Counted from the whole stretch's first letter, positions 39,231-52,515 are shown. The stretch is 63,408 nucleotides of DNA, filler included, from Octopus bimaculoides (GCF_001194135.2; 5 parts of 4 records of this genome joined end to end with filler, not necessarily neighbours in it); one strand, 5' to 3'. A program made the numbers and translations. The notes: a model not told the origin generated them from the sequence alone.

Positions 39231-39460
39231 AATCCTTTGTAGTTTTGTTGTTATTTTTTGGATTTACAATTTATTCTTTCACCGCAACCACTAGCTGGCA
39301 TAAACAGGTGCTTACAATTGTCAAGTATTACCTCTAAATTTTAATTTACCTATATAAATATATATATATATAAACTGTAATTGTTTGTATAATTTAAATA
39401 TTGTTAATATAACAATACATAAATACAGGCTAGAATTGAAGTGCTCAGCATGAGCTAGAA

Positions 39461-40206
39461 TTCAAATTATGGTAAGAATGGATATACAAGGGTGGAATTC
39501 CACAGGAACAATACCGTATATCTAACGCAAGGTTTAATATATATGTGTGTGTTCAAATCATTCTAGAATCAATAAATATATAATTTTAAGTATCTAAAAT
39601 GCCTAAAATGCCTAAACCGTACGATACATAGGTACTGCTAAAAGTGTTTAGCATTACAACAAATGATAAAAGTTTTTACCATTACCTATGTATTATACGG
39701 TTTTTAGCATTACCTATGTATTGTACGGTTTTTAGCATTACCTATGTATTGTACGGTTTTTTTCATATAGTATATACTGATATCCTTTTTAATGTACACA
39801 TTTTTAATATAATACATATAAATTTGTAATATCATATCATATCGTATCATATCGTATATATTTACCCACTATATTTTAAATCATATTTCATGTTTATATA
39901 TCGTAATGTGTTGTCTTAAATTGTTAAATATTTTTATACAACTAGGAAACTATGCATGTTTATAAATATTTTAAAATAAATATTTTAAACATTCATGATA
40001 TTTCTGATGTTTATGTCCTTGCATATGCCTGTATACTTTATTTTATGTTATCTTACTATTTTAGACATTTTAGATACTTAAAACTATATATTTATTGATT
40101 CTAGAATGATTTGAACACACACATATATATTAAATCTTGCGTTGGATATACGGTATTGTTCCTGTGGTCTTCCACACTTGTGTATCCATTCTTACCATAA
40201 TTTGAA
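39461..40206. mobile_element. Foldback/MITE-like element with about 149-bp inverted arms
   Basis: 39461-39609 is the reverse complement of 40058-40206 with scattered mismatches. Internal 28-bp tandem x3 (39673-39756) plus an inverted copy at 39617-39643. No clear TSD. Confidence 0.8.
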
Positions 40207-40739
40207 AATATATATATTTACATATATATAAATTTAGATAAATATCTTCTATTTATGATATACATTAATACAACAAATACATTAAGACATTCAGCACATA
40301 TTCAATGCATTATTTAACAATATAATAGAACGAAGAAATATATGAAATAAAAATATACATGAAAATATAAACATGAAACGTTCACTATGTAGAATGAAAT
40401 AGCGAACATAATAAAACCTTATTATAAATTAAAAATTATAATTTTTTTAGAATTCTTTAAACAAATATATTTCTCAGACTTTTAAATTCCTACACAACTT
40501 TTCTCATTGCCGACAATGTAATTTATAGCTTTTGAGTTTAAATTTTTAATTCTACATGTTTAATTTGTAATTTTTAGTAAGGTTTTCTTATATAATCGAT
40601 ATTTCAGTCCACATATCGAACTTTTCTTGTTGTTTATATTTTCATGAATATTCTTATTTCATATATTGCTTATTTCTATTATAATCTTAAATAAAATTTT
40701 AATATATTCTGTATGTCTCAAGGTATTTTATTATATTAT

Positions 40740-40870
40740 TTTCTACTCTAGGCACAAGGCCTGAATTTTTGGGAGGAGGGGCCAGTCGCTTAGATTGACC
40801 CCAATATGCAACTAGTACTTAATTCATCGAAGCCGAAAGGATGAAAGACAAAGCCGACCTCGGCGGAATA
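40740..40870 (-). mobile_element. SINE family B fragment
   Basis: CTCTAGGCACAAGGCCTGAA...GAAAGGATGAAAGACAAAGCCGACCTCGGCGGAA. Confidence 0.75.
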
Positions 40871-40942
40871 TATTTGTTGTATTGGTGTATGTCATAAATA
40901 CAAGATAATCAACTAATTTTTGTTTCTTCGTATATTATTTAC

Positions 40943-40981
<39 letters not shown>

Positions 40982-41373
40982 NNNNNNNNNNNNNNNNNNN
41001 NNNNNNNNNNNNNNNNNNNNNNNNNNNNNNNNNNNNNNNNNNNNNNNNNNNNNNNNNNNNNNNNNNNNNNNNNNNNNNNNNNNNNNNNNNNNNNNNNNNN
41101 NNNNNNNNNNNNNNNNNNNNNNNNNNNNNNNNNNNNNNNNNNNNNNNNNNNNNNNNNNNNNNNNNNNNNNNNNNNNNNNNNNNNNNNNNNNNNNNNNNNN
41201 NNNNNNNNNNNNNNNNNNNNNNNNNNNNNNNNNNNNNNNNNNNNNNNNNNNNNNNNNNNNNNNNNNNNNNNNNNNNNNNNNNNNNNNNNNNNNNNNNNNN
41301 NNNNNNNNNNNNNNNNNNNNNNNNNNNNNNNNNNNNNNNNNNNNNTATGTATGTATGTATGTATGTATGTATG

Positions 41374-41404
<31 letters not shown>

Positions 41405-44400
41405 GTATGTATGATTCTTGTTCTTTGTGTGTGTGTTTACATGCATAAATTACATATATAGCGCCGTCCAGCTCCCCTGTCCAATACTCATCAAAATCAA
41501 AACTGGAATGATTTTCAATAATTTATTACCAGCAATTAAGGAATAACTAACTGGCTTTTTTTTTTACCTCTTTCATATGTTCATGAGAGTGCATCACGTT
41601 GTATAATATTTCTGCAACCACCTTTCGGAAACTGCTTTGAAGCCCTTTGGACCTAAACCACCAGATGACATTGTTAAATGTTTGGTATGCAATACTTTTA
41701 CTACTTTCCTCTATGCCATTTTTAGGCCCATGAATCTTTACGACTGTCATGGGAAGAATCTGGTGTGATTCAAAAAGCATTACCTTTTCGTACATTTTCA
41801 CACTAGTTAGATTAAGTAGACTCATGAATTTGTAATTCTCCACAGTTGCGACTGACTTTTATGATTTTCATGTAGATGGATTCATAATATAGTATCTTTA
41901 CCGCTTTTACCAGCAATGAAAGATTGTGCAAATAATAAGCACTCTGGAGTAAAAAGAGTTTTCGATAAAGAAAATTGTTGTTATAGAAATAAAGAAAATA
42001 CCAGAAATTTCCTTTGCAATTTAAAATATTCTTTAAATTGCAAAGAAAATCTCTGACATTTTCTTTATTTCTATAAAGACTACCAGTAACAGCACTCGAC
42101 ATACAGAAATCGATGCCCGAAATAATGGTGCTACATATATAAAGAGCATGTACCCCGCTTTTACCACGTGACTCATTTCACCTTCTTTAATTTGAAAGTA
42201 GTTTATTCTCAATATACAAACTTTTCAACACCTAGTTTGATTTACTCAATCGAGTGTTAAATACAGCTTTATACAGATTTTCGGTGAGAACGTCACTCGC
42301 CTACACTTCATCTTTAACAGTTACTATTAACAGAGATTTCTCTCATCTTTAATATCATGGGTACCATGTGGAAGAAATCGCTATGCATCTCAAATTGAAA
42401 ATGTCTTTGAAAGCTCTTTTTGCATAACTTCTTGTATTTAGCACCGACATACGATTCAAAACAGCCTGCAACAACAATATGTTAGCATTGAAATTCAGTT
42501 TACAAGAATATGCCATGTCAATTCTGGTTACCGCTCAGAAAGTTGTTACTCGTTGCAGTGTTAGGCAGCCTCTGCGTGGGTGAAGAATATTTGTAATCAT
42601 TTTGGAGTATAGGAAATTATCTTCTAGCCATACTCTGTAGTTCCATTATAGGAAACTGCAAAATGAATCTGTAGCACACAAATCCAATGGATATTTTTTA
42701 TAGTGTGAGGAAATAACAGGAGAAATTGCAATGCGTATTATCCTTTGAAACCCCCAGTACTTGACTACTACATTGTCGCCATCATCATAGTCATGATTCC
42801 TGAATTCATCAAGACGGAATACTATTTTTACTCAATCTCACTCTTATTAAGTTAGCACAGTCATAAACCGTTTTTATTACAACAATCGTGGAAATCTTAA
42901 AATTCGCAATATCTACTTCGTTGGTTAGGTTTGATAAATAACAGTCTACAGATTAAGAACAAACTGCAATGAAATAACAGAAAGCAAAAAGAGATTTTTC
43001 TGTTGCAATTTAGTCAGCTGATGAAAGCTAGGAAAATATGATAAATTATGAGCGGGAACAGGTGTTCCATTCACTATTTTAGAATTTTATTTTACCTGTG
43101 ATTTTTCACAGTTAATGTGTTTCAAAAAGATATAGAAACAAAAACAAATAAATTTATTTTGTGATCGGATGACAAATAATGTGCTTACAAGATTTTTTCT
43201 TTTTATCAGACTTTCTTTCACCTTGCAAACGTAGAAGGGATCCCAGTGACACAAAAGTTCAACCTACCCGTGGACGATACGATTTTCAATACTGCCAATC
43301 CCATGTAATACTCCAAATTGAAATAATCTCAATTACTTACGTATTAGCCCGCTTTAGTTTCGTCGTGGTATAATATTCTGATGTAGAAGATACCCTATGC
43401 ATCTGATTCAATGATATCTTCCAGATATCTTCCTCTTTTTGAAGGAGTAAGGTGCTCATCTCATGATACTTCAGTTTATGTTGTTTACTAAGTTCAATCT
43501 CAGTATTTCTATCACATATGTGTCATCACTTCTCACAGGTAAAATATTCACCTGTTGTGTTAACCTGATGCATGTACACCGTCTTTTCAAAAATGTTAGT
43601 ATGACAAGCACTTCACATTAATCAGTCTTTTTTCAAAAATTGTAAGTCTTGTGTTTAAAAGAACAGAGATGAAAAAGCTGCTCATTATCACCTGCAAATG
43701 ATTGGGTCAGAAGTGTATATCTTCTATACATATCTTCAGCGGCATCTACGCTACCCTGTGAAGAATTACTGATATCTCCTCCAACCCATACAGATTTCGT
43801 CTGTTTTATTTTTCTACAGTTTGCTTTTAATTTTAAACATTATTAACTTTTACATAATTTTTCATTAAGTACTAAAGGAGGGTTGCTCTCAGTAATTAAT
43901 CTTTAAGAATTACCAGTCATTTTGTTTTCATTGGTTCCTTATCAGGTGGTTTAGCTTCTGCTAATAAATATTCACCTCCTTAAAATTTCCGAAATAATAT
44001 CCACATCCATTAATGTCATCTCCCCTTTGTCTTTTCATTCATCTTTTGCTATTCTTTGAGTTCGCTTTTGCTTTTCTAAGTTTCTGACTATGAGTTGCAC
44101 TGATAGGTTTGAAACATAAAATTCGAAATGAAAAAGATTGCAGGGATGAGGACGTAGGTTTTAAACCTACGTTAAATAAAGGATTGACTATGTAACATCG
44201 TATACTATTTTAATAAAAAATACCTTGGTCTGTGTGCCCGTGTCCATCACAGAAATTCGGACACCGGACCACTAACAGGATATGTGTGTGAGAGACAAGT
44301 GGTTGACTATTGGATGATGGGAACATAGAAAGAGATGAAGAAATTAAAAAAAAAACAAGCAAATATTTGTGTGTATGTTAGTATCTGTTGTTCTGTGTAA

Positions 44401-44428
44401 CTATGTTGTTGCGTGTGAATATGTATGG

Positions 44429-44501
<73 letters not shown>

Positions 44502-46876
44502 TTTTCGTACTCAAATGAAAATATAACTCATTCAAGAAATACGGTGGAAAATTTTCAGTATAATAGTGAGGAAATGGGGTGAAGTAATGACACGGAAGAT
44601 AACTGGAAAATGATGAATGGAGCAGAGTAGTATCATAGTGAGGATTGTGATGACGTGAGATAAGTTTCTCTATACGTGTTTGTGTGCTAACCTATAGCAC
44701 CCGAATGGAGTAATAGGGAACTCAAAGGTACTGATTTATCACTTCTGACCGACTGATTAATTTCATTAATATATGTAAAAAGACTTGACAAAAGATAGGG
44801 CCTATCACAGTGCACTAACGTACATACCTATATTTTGTGTTACAGTATAGTTTGCTTTACTTAGAAAATTTCATTGGTGTATTATACTTCTTAAGCATAA
44901 TATACCCAAATACTTACTTTCAAATTAATTTCACGGTTTATTTACGGATCCTCAGTTCACTTGTAAGCTACAGGACACCATCCTCACTACTCTAACTCTT
45001 ATTCGACACTGCAATTGGATGCTGGTAGGAGAACGTTTTAGCAGTTTATTTGCTGCTGCTGTTATTGTTCATACAGTTTCAGAAAGTTTTACGTTTACTT
45101 CATTGTTCTGAGAGTTATGTTGGATTTAAATAGATGAAAATGCATAATTCAGAACAAAAGAATATAATTTTGGAAGAATTTGTAACATAGAGAAAGATGT
45201 ATACACAATGAGAAGAGAAATGGAATTTCATTTTACATACGATTTCAAGGTGTAATTATGTTTCTAATGAAATCAAGTATACAACTTTCACCCCATCCAC
45301 GGGTATTTGAGTAGATAATAGAATCAGACCTTCCACCTCAGACCCACCATTTTCTTGCTAATATTATTTCATCTAAAATTACTTTCACATGCTTTCAATT
45401 TCTTGTCTTTATGGCACAGTTCCTTTTCAGATGCTAAATTAGAAATTCACCGCGAGCAATATTTTCGATATCACAACTGTAAGATTTTAACAATGGGAGC
45501 AATTCACGACTATAGCAGAGAGATGAAAGCTTTATTGGCTGCATGAAAATAAAACCCTTGTGAACCATATTAGCGTTTAATGTTTAACTACACAATGTTC
45601 TCCATTTGTGTAATGGACGTCAGTTTCAACGTTATTAACATGCAGCTTTGACAACTAAAGGATAACAAGAAACTTTCAAAATACAAGAAGTATTCAGATA
45701 TAAAGTTAACTAATTGAAGCTGCAAGAATTCATCTAGAAAATGGATACTTTGCCCGGAGGAGAGCTTTGGTTGAGTGAGAAGTTAAATTAGTTTAATAGA
45801 AATATTTAATGTCGACCTCCCAGTGGAGAGAATTCATGTATAGAACGATACGTTGTCATGGTTATGCAAACTATGGCTTTAAAAATTACTAAATATTCAA
45901 TAAAACATAGAATACATTCATTGGTTAAAGAAGAGTAAATTTGTAGTGTAGATTGGTTTAAAGCCATACCAGAATACTATTGATTATCAAAAGAAGAAGA
46001 AGACAGAAGTGTTAAACAATTGTTCTATAGATTTAAGACAATAATGTTGCTGAAGTTTACTTGATTTAAGAAAGTTAATATGATTTGAAATACGGTGTTT
46101 GCTGTCAGCTGAATTCACTTAAAATGCGTTTTTGTTCTTGTGCGTGTTGATTAACCCTAGGTCTGTCCAGGTTGACCGTTCCTAAGATCAAATGTGTTTG
46201 AGTATTGATTATCTCATATGTTCGTGTATCTGGAAGTATATTATCCAATGAATCCTCATTTATTTCAGATGCTGTGGTATAATTTATGTGGTGTTTCGCT
46301 GCAATTTCTAGCGATTTCAGCGACCACATCCAAGCTACCCCGGTTCCTTAAATCAAATTTTAGTAAATTAAGCCAGAATTTTCTCATCTAATAAACTCAA
46401 TCTCATACTTAGTGTGGGAAATGCATATCTAATTCAGGCACTGAAATGACAATGTTGTTTGATAATCTAGATATTTATTTTCTGTTAATGCAGTTGAACA
46501 TGAGAAAGTCCTATCGTTATTTCCTTACTTTTTGTTACTGGAAGGTATGTGTATATTGCTTCGTTTTTCTTCGTCGTAATCCACTTGGAATATACACGTT
46601 CTTGGGTCATGTCATTCTGGTTTCATAGTGACGCTAGTTATATTCTAAAGGTTGCAGTTATTAGTTAACGTGCTCAAATTTGCGGTATGGAGTGAGTATC
46701 TAGTATATACATGTGTAAAGGCTAATAACTGCAGTTTCATGTAACAGCTGCCAAACCAATATTTGACGGTGATTTAAAATGAAGGTTTTATTAATTGAAA
46801 GGCACCCTAATATCGATCTAACACACACACACTCACTCACGCACACACACACACACACACACACCCGTACACACAA

Positions 46877-46981
<105 letters not shown>

Positions 46982-49051
46982 TATATACATATAAGAACTG
47001 AACCAGCCAAGGTAGAACATCTCTTTAGCAGCATTCTTTAAACTGAGATGTAATTCAGCCTCATACGTTTCGGTGATCAAAGCGATGGTGGAAGAGGTGA
47101 TCTAAGCTTCTGATTTTTGTATCCAGCAATTACGTCAAATCCCCGTTTTCAGTTATCCCACTCCCGAGCTAAAAAGTAAATAGAATCCTGGCAACAATTT
47201 AACTGATTATGTGGAAAACTTTAACTAAGTCATTTATGTAATTTATCTGATGATTTAGCGATACTACTGTCCAATCTTCTGCACGGTATTAAAATTTCCA
47301 TACTTTGAGATATTGTAGAAATTCCTCAGTATGGTTATTTTATATCGTTTACGCAGAAAGGAGTGAATACTGAAGATTCTTCATATGTCCGTGGAGATTG
47401 TGTGAAGGTGGCAGAAAGGTTTCCTCAAAACTAAATCAATTCGTACGAATGCTAGCAACATGAAGAACGTCGCTAAAAACACTAAAAGCACACAATGCAC
47501 CAGAGTGTGGTTTTAATCTATAAAACGAATTAAATCGAAGGTTTAAGTAGAATGCAGAGTGATTGAACTCAGGAAGCAAACATACAGAACGAATAGGGCG
47601 AATAATAGTTAAACTTCATTATTTGCTCTATTTGTTAATCTATTGCCCTTCATTGGTATTTATTTCTTGCCCGAAATGTTGAAAGGCAACGCTCATCCTT
47701 AGCAAGATTTGAACACAGAGTATCAAAAGCATTAAGGTTTCATATCAAAATCATAGTCTGGTTGCGGCAACTTAAACTTCAAAAATATTGTTTTTTTCTT
47801 TTATTCTACTCATTTTGATCTCACAGTCATGATAAAACAAACAAACATGCCCTTGTTCCAGTATGAATTCTCGCAGCACAAACCGCATAGCTAGAAAGAA
47901 AAGTTACTTACCAACACGACCATGAGTTGCATCGAATACTTAACCAGACATCCGGTTTAACTGCAAAACTTGTCTCGTGGGGGTGTTTCTCGAACTTCTC
48001 ACATTTGCCTGTATTCAATGCTGGTCTTCGATTTTAGTCTCTAGTTTTGACACCATTCTTGGATGACCTGCAAAGATCCATAACCACTACTGTCCTTCTG
48101 ATGAGTGCAATTTTATTGAATACCATGATCATTAAACCTTTTATTATGGACAACACATTCTGGTTTGTGCTAGTCCTATATTTCATCGCTTTCTGTATAT
48201 TTTCCTTTCACTATTTATATTATTATTATGGAAACAATTTATATCACCACCATTTAAGATGACAGTAACTTTCAAAGCTAAACACGAGATCACTTGAAAC
48301 TATTGTTAATTTTTTGTCAACCCATGGCAGTACTTGTTTGGTAAAACTATCTCCTTGTTTCAATAATTCAGAAGTTAATCTCTATTGCTGTCGATCTATA
48401 TCATTCGTTTTGCTCATTTACGTTGATATATGTATTTATCAAGACCTCTATCAACAAACGTATCTAGTTCATCAACCCAAGGTAGTAGGTCTGGCTGGGT
48501 AAACTTATAGCGATTTCCACATTGCATCAGCTAATCCCTATTGCTGTTGCCAATTTATAGCTTTCGTTTATCTGTTAGTTTGATGTATATCAACACAATA
48601 TATCTACAAAATTATCGGGTTTACAACAGGGATGGGCGCCTGACACTTCATATTCTAGTTTTCTTCGAAGTTATTAAAGAAACGTTATTCGAATTGTTAT
48701 TTTGTTTTACTTTTCCAATTACTCTAGATGTTATCATTGGTATTAATGTTTTCTTCTTGCCTGCCGAAATCCTTTCAACGTCGACGTAGGTCACTGACAT
48801 TTGTGCTATTATATTCATGTCTAATAAATAAAACCAAAAGGAAAATAAAAATACTTTCTATTCCTTGTTTGTTTAATTCATTATATCTTCGTATAGTTTT
48901 TATGTCTGAAACTAATAATGTGTGTCCATATATATTACGAAGCTATTTTCTAGCGTTTATCCTCCTCCTCCTTTTTCAGTTGAGTTTGCGCTAGATAAGA
49001 AAAAGCTCCTTTCTTTGTCACTAGTATATAATTTTCATATAAGAATAACTT

Positions 49052-49110
<59 letters not shown>

Positions 49111-49261
49111 TCTTTGGGCTGCAGACGTTGCAGCTGGTTTTATTTTTAATATGATAATTCATGATTATTGAAATAATAAAGAGAGAGAGAAAGAGATAAG
49201 GTACCTCCCAAGGCACCACGCATGGAGACTAAACCCGGAACCATGTTGTTTGGAAACACAG

Positions 49262-49560
49262 ACGAATTTAATAGAAATCCACCATTTCATAGATGCGGCT
49301 ATACCAGTCATTGCAGAAACAATAGGAGAATGTCCAAGAAAGAGAACAAGAAACAGAACATGAAGGAGAACATTTAAGAGATTAGGAAATTGAAGGGACA
49401 ACTATCATTCTAGAGTGGAATAGAAAAATACAACATCACTGTGCGCAAAACAAAATAACTGAAAAGCCAAGATCAAAGAGAAAAATCTATCAATAGCTAA
49501 AGTGAAAGTGAAAGAACAGATTCAAGTAATGACACAGAAGCTCCGGGAAATCGACCATTA
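49262..49560 (+). mobile_element. Possible Dong/R4 LINE pre-RT relic
   Basis: TNLIEIHHFIDAAIPVIAETIG and VKEQIQVMTQKLREID resemble the N-terminal region of these elements. Degenerate. Confidence 0.45.
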
Positions 49561-49633
49561 GAGCAGTTTGGGGGTTTTAGGCAAAATAAGATCTTACAGT
49601 TATATATTTAAGAGATGAGGAATTATGTTTGTT

Positions 49634-49679
49634 AACACAACGTTTCGGCTGATATACCCTCCAGACGTCATCAGGTTTC
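49634..49679 (-). ncRNA. Hammerhead ribozyme family 1, diverged copy
   Basis: Reverse complement: GAAAC-CTGATGA-C-GTCTGG(agggtata)TCAGCC-GAAA-CG-T-T-GTGTT. It has one stem I and one stem II mismatch relative to the 1027 copy, with homologous flanks. Confidence 0.65.
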
Positions 49680-49754
49680 TTGGGGAAATTTCGAACCTGG
49701 GTTCTCATTCCTAAGGTATTTTTCGATGCTGTTATTATTATTATTATTATTATT

Positions 49755-49916
49755 ATTTTATGTTTGACTTTTGTTTTGCATTTGTACAAGTTGGATCCAA
49801 GTCTCACCCAGAGACCTCAAGAGACAACAAGTTAGAAGTTCATGTAGGTGTTATGCCTAGGGTACCATATATTTGGATTTGTACAGTTTTGTTCAAGTGA
49901 ATGTTTAAGAAACCAT
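49755..49916 (-). mobile_element. Dong/R4 LINE 3' UTR fragment
   Basis: CCAAGTCTCACCCAGAGACCTCAAGAGACAACAAGTTAGAAGTTCA is homologous to 59649-59700, which follows a Dong/R4 ORF end. Confidence 0.7.
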
Positions 49917-50038
49917 ANNNNNNNNNNNNNNNNNNNNNNNNNNNNNNNNNNNNNNNNNNNNTTAATTAATTAANNNNNNNNNNNNNNNNNNNNNNNNNNN
50001 NNNNNNNNNNNNNNNNNATATATATATATATATATATA

Positions 50039-50864
50039 CAAGGTGCGATGGGTAAATTGTCACCATTTTATATTTTTAAGTTCGCGCATGCGCATTGTTT
50101 TTGATTTTGTTGACAGCACAGTGTAGTAGGGTCAGTTGGGCACTGTCTGTGAGAAAAGCAACACTATGACGCAATTCACTCTGCCAGAAGTTTGGAAACG
50201 ACATGCTGTGCTGCTTGGCATTCGCACTGGAAGCTCCAATACGAATATTTCAGGGTGTTTGGATGTCAAAAGTGATTAAAAAAAAAAATCCAGTCAACAA
50301 CATGGCGTTTGGAGTGCACACTACTGATGGCGACGTTATGCCTCCATTTATTTTCCTACACTGCCTCATACTCAACACGGAGGCCTACATCAAGTGTCTG
50401 GAGGAGGTAGGGCTGCCCTGGTGGATGCTAGAAGACCTTATGACTGGCAACAGGACTCTGCACCATGCCACACAAGCAGGAGAATCCAGTCGTGGCTCTC
50501 AGACAATTTCTACGATCACATCAACCCTAACATCTGGTCACCTAATTCCCTTGATTATTATGTGCGGGGCGCTGTTGAGCTAGAGACCAACAAAATTCCT
50601 TGTAACACCAAAGATGAACTGAATGCAAGGATTATGGCAGCATTCACCAACTTAAACAAGGAAACCGCCCAGAAAAGTTGCAGGAGATTCTGAAGACGTC
50701 TGGAGGCCGTGGATGAAGCGAATGGCGATTTTATTGAATAAATTTACTGTTTAATATTTCAAGATATTTTTATGTAATTTTGGTAAATATATCTGTTAAA
50801 ACGAGATGTTAGTATTACTTTTATTTTTGCGTAATTTATATAACAGTTTATTCACTGCACCCAG
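50039..50864 (+). mobile_element. Internally deleted Tc1/mariner (maT/DD37D-like) transposon
   Basis: TA-flanked, with degenerate 24-bp TIRs (16/24 identical). Transposase remnant YDWQQDSAPCHTSRRIQSWLSDNF...WSPNSLDYYVRG...TKDELNARIMAAF. The DD37D assignment is an inference. Confidence 0.85.
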
Positions 50865-50929
50865 TATATATATATATATATGTATGTATGTATATGTATA
50901 TATATATGCACACACACACACACACACAC

Positions 50930-51085
50930 GACTCGCTTCCATTGACTTTGCATCTAAAAATTCACTCACAAGGCATTGGTCAGTCCGAATCTATAGTAGG
51001 AGACCCAATCTGCCGTACAGTGAGCCTGAACCCGAAACCACGTGGTCGCAAAGCAAGCTTCCTAAATCATACAGTCATGCCAGTG
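50930..51085 (-). mobile_element. SINE family A head, diverged
   Basis: TTCACTCACAAGGCATTGGTCAGTCCGAATCTATAGTAGG...CCTGAACCCGAAACCACGTGG matches the family A head. Confidence 0.65.
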
Positions 51086-51389
51086 CCTGTTTATTTGTTT
51101 ACTGTTAAATTTGTGTTCATCTTCCCAATTGCATATCTGATTTATTGGGGGAAATATTAACAGCTACAATTCTTCCGCTACGCTTTTTTTTTCTCTCACC
51201 TTCCGGTTGTTTTATATCCTGGGGATTCACCGACGCCATATTAATCATTCTCTCATGTATTGGTTCCCTAAATGGCCCTATTTGCCATTGCCTTTTACTT
51301 TCAACTATGTTGTTGTTGGCGTTCTGTTTGACCCAGTCATCGGTCTTGCTATATATTACTATGGTAATAGCTTTTCTATTTTATGTGAA

Positions 51390-51720
51390 GGCGCATGGCT
51401 CAGTGGTTAGAGCGTCGATCTTACGATCGTGAGATTGTAAGTTCGAATCCCGGACCAGGCTGCGTATTGTGTTCTTGAGCAAGACACTTTATTTCACGTT
51501 GCTTCAGTTCACTCAGCTGTAGAAATGAGTTGCGACTTCACGGGTACCAAGCTGTATCGGTCTTTGCCTTTCCCTTGAATAACACCGGTGGCCTGGAGAG
51601 GGGAGGCCGGTATGCATGGGCAACTGCTGGTCTTCCATAAACAACCTTGCCCGGACTTGTGCCTGAGAGGGTAACTTTCTAGGTGCAATCCCATGGTCAG
51701 TCATGATCGAAGGGGGTCTC
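51390..51720 (+). mobile_element. tRNA-derived SINE family D
   Basis: GGCGCATGGCTCAGTGGTTAGAGCG (A box), GTTCGAATCCC (B box), TGTGTTCTTGAGCAAGACACTTTATTTCACGTTGC body. Confidence 0.85.
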
Positions 51721-52039
51721 AGCAATAGCTTTTGAGTGTGTTTTAGCATGTTTATGAGTGAGTGCTGAAAAGTTCCTGGGTCTCCAACCAGGCCTTTTGC
51801 GAAGCCCTTCAAGCCAGGATTTTTTCAGCACCTTGTCGTATGTGAAAACATGTTATGAATTTGATTGAAAATATTAGAGTGTGGATTCGTGCTTAGGAAA
51901 ACGCTTATAGAATGGATAAATATATAGATGGGTTTGGGTACCATTGTGTATCTGTGTGTGTGTGCGTGTGTGTATGTTTGAGTACGCGCACGCACGTGTG
52001 TGCGTTTTCTTTGATATAGTGTGCTGACATATTTTAACT

Positions 52040-52515
52040 TCAATTTGTTTCACAAATTGAACTGCAGCCATGGTGGAGCAATGATTCGAAAGATTTAATC
52101 GAATAAATAGACACCAGTACTTATTTCTTCTTTAAAGTACGGTGCTTATTCTATCAGTCTCTTTGCCGAACCGCTATATTACAGGGACGTAAACAAGCCC
52201 ATACCGTTATCAAGCTGTGGTGGGGGACACCCACAAATACAGGCGCACATAACACACACACACATATATGCACAAACACACACATACACAAACACACTCA
52301 CACATACAAAAACACACTCTTATGCACACACACATGCACATGCACATACACATATATACGACTGGCTTCTACATAGATTCCGTATACTAAATTTACTCAT
52401 AGGGCACTGGTCGGCCGACGGCCATAATAGGAGGCACTTGCCCAAGGTACCGTGCAGTGGAACTGAACTTGAAATCACGTGGCTGCAATAAGATCTTCTT
52501 AACCACACATCCATA
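52040..52515 (-). mobile_element. SINE family A, diverged full-length copy
   Basis: Tail, microsatellite and head segments are homologous to the 17094 copy. Confidence 0.8.

Larger units (their letters stand above)
38721..39316. mobile_element. Head-to-head inverted duplication of the hammerhead family 4 element
   Basis: Arms 38721-39025 and 39031-39316 flank a 5-nt spacer (TGCCT). The right arm lacks about 60 nt corresponding to 38940-39001. Confidence 0.88.

Noticed and set aside
39673-39756. CRISPR-like 28-bp repeats
   Set aside because: Head-to-tail tandem units without spacers, in eukaryotic DNA.
44152-44172. 21-bp perfect palindrome ACGTAGGTTT-T-AAACCTACGT
   Set aside because: Isolated. 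The flanking hammerhead-core resemblance needs too many substitutions, and no function can be supported.
44908-44968. CTGAGGA...GAAA-TTAA-TT hammerhead-like motif (minus strand)
   Set aside because: The core and ATTAAT palindrome are present, but stem II has a central mismatch and proximal stem I does not pair.
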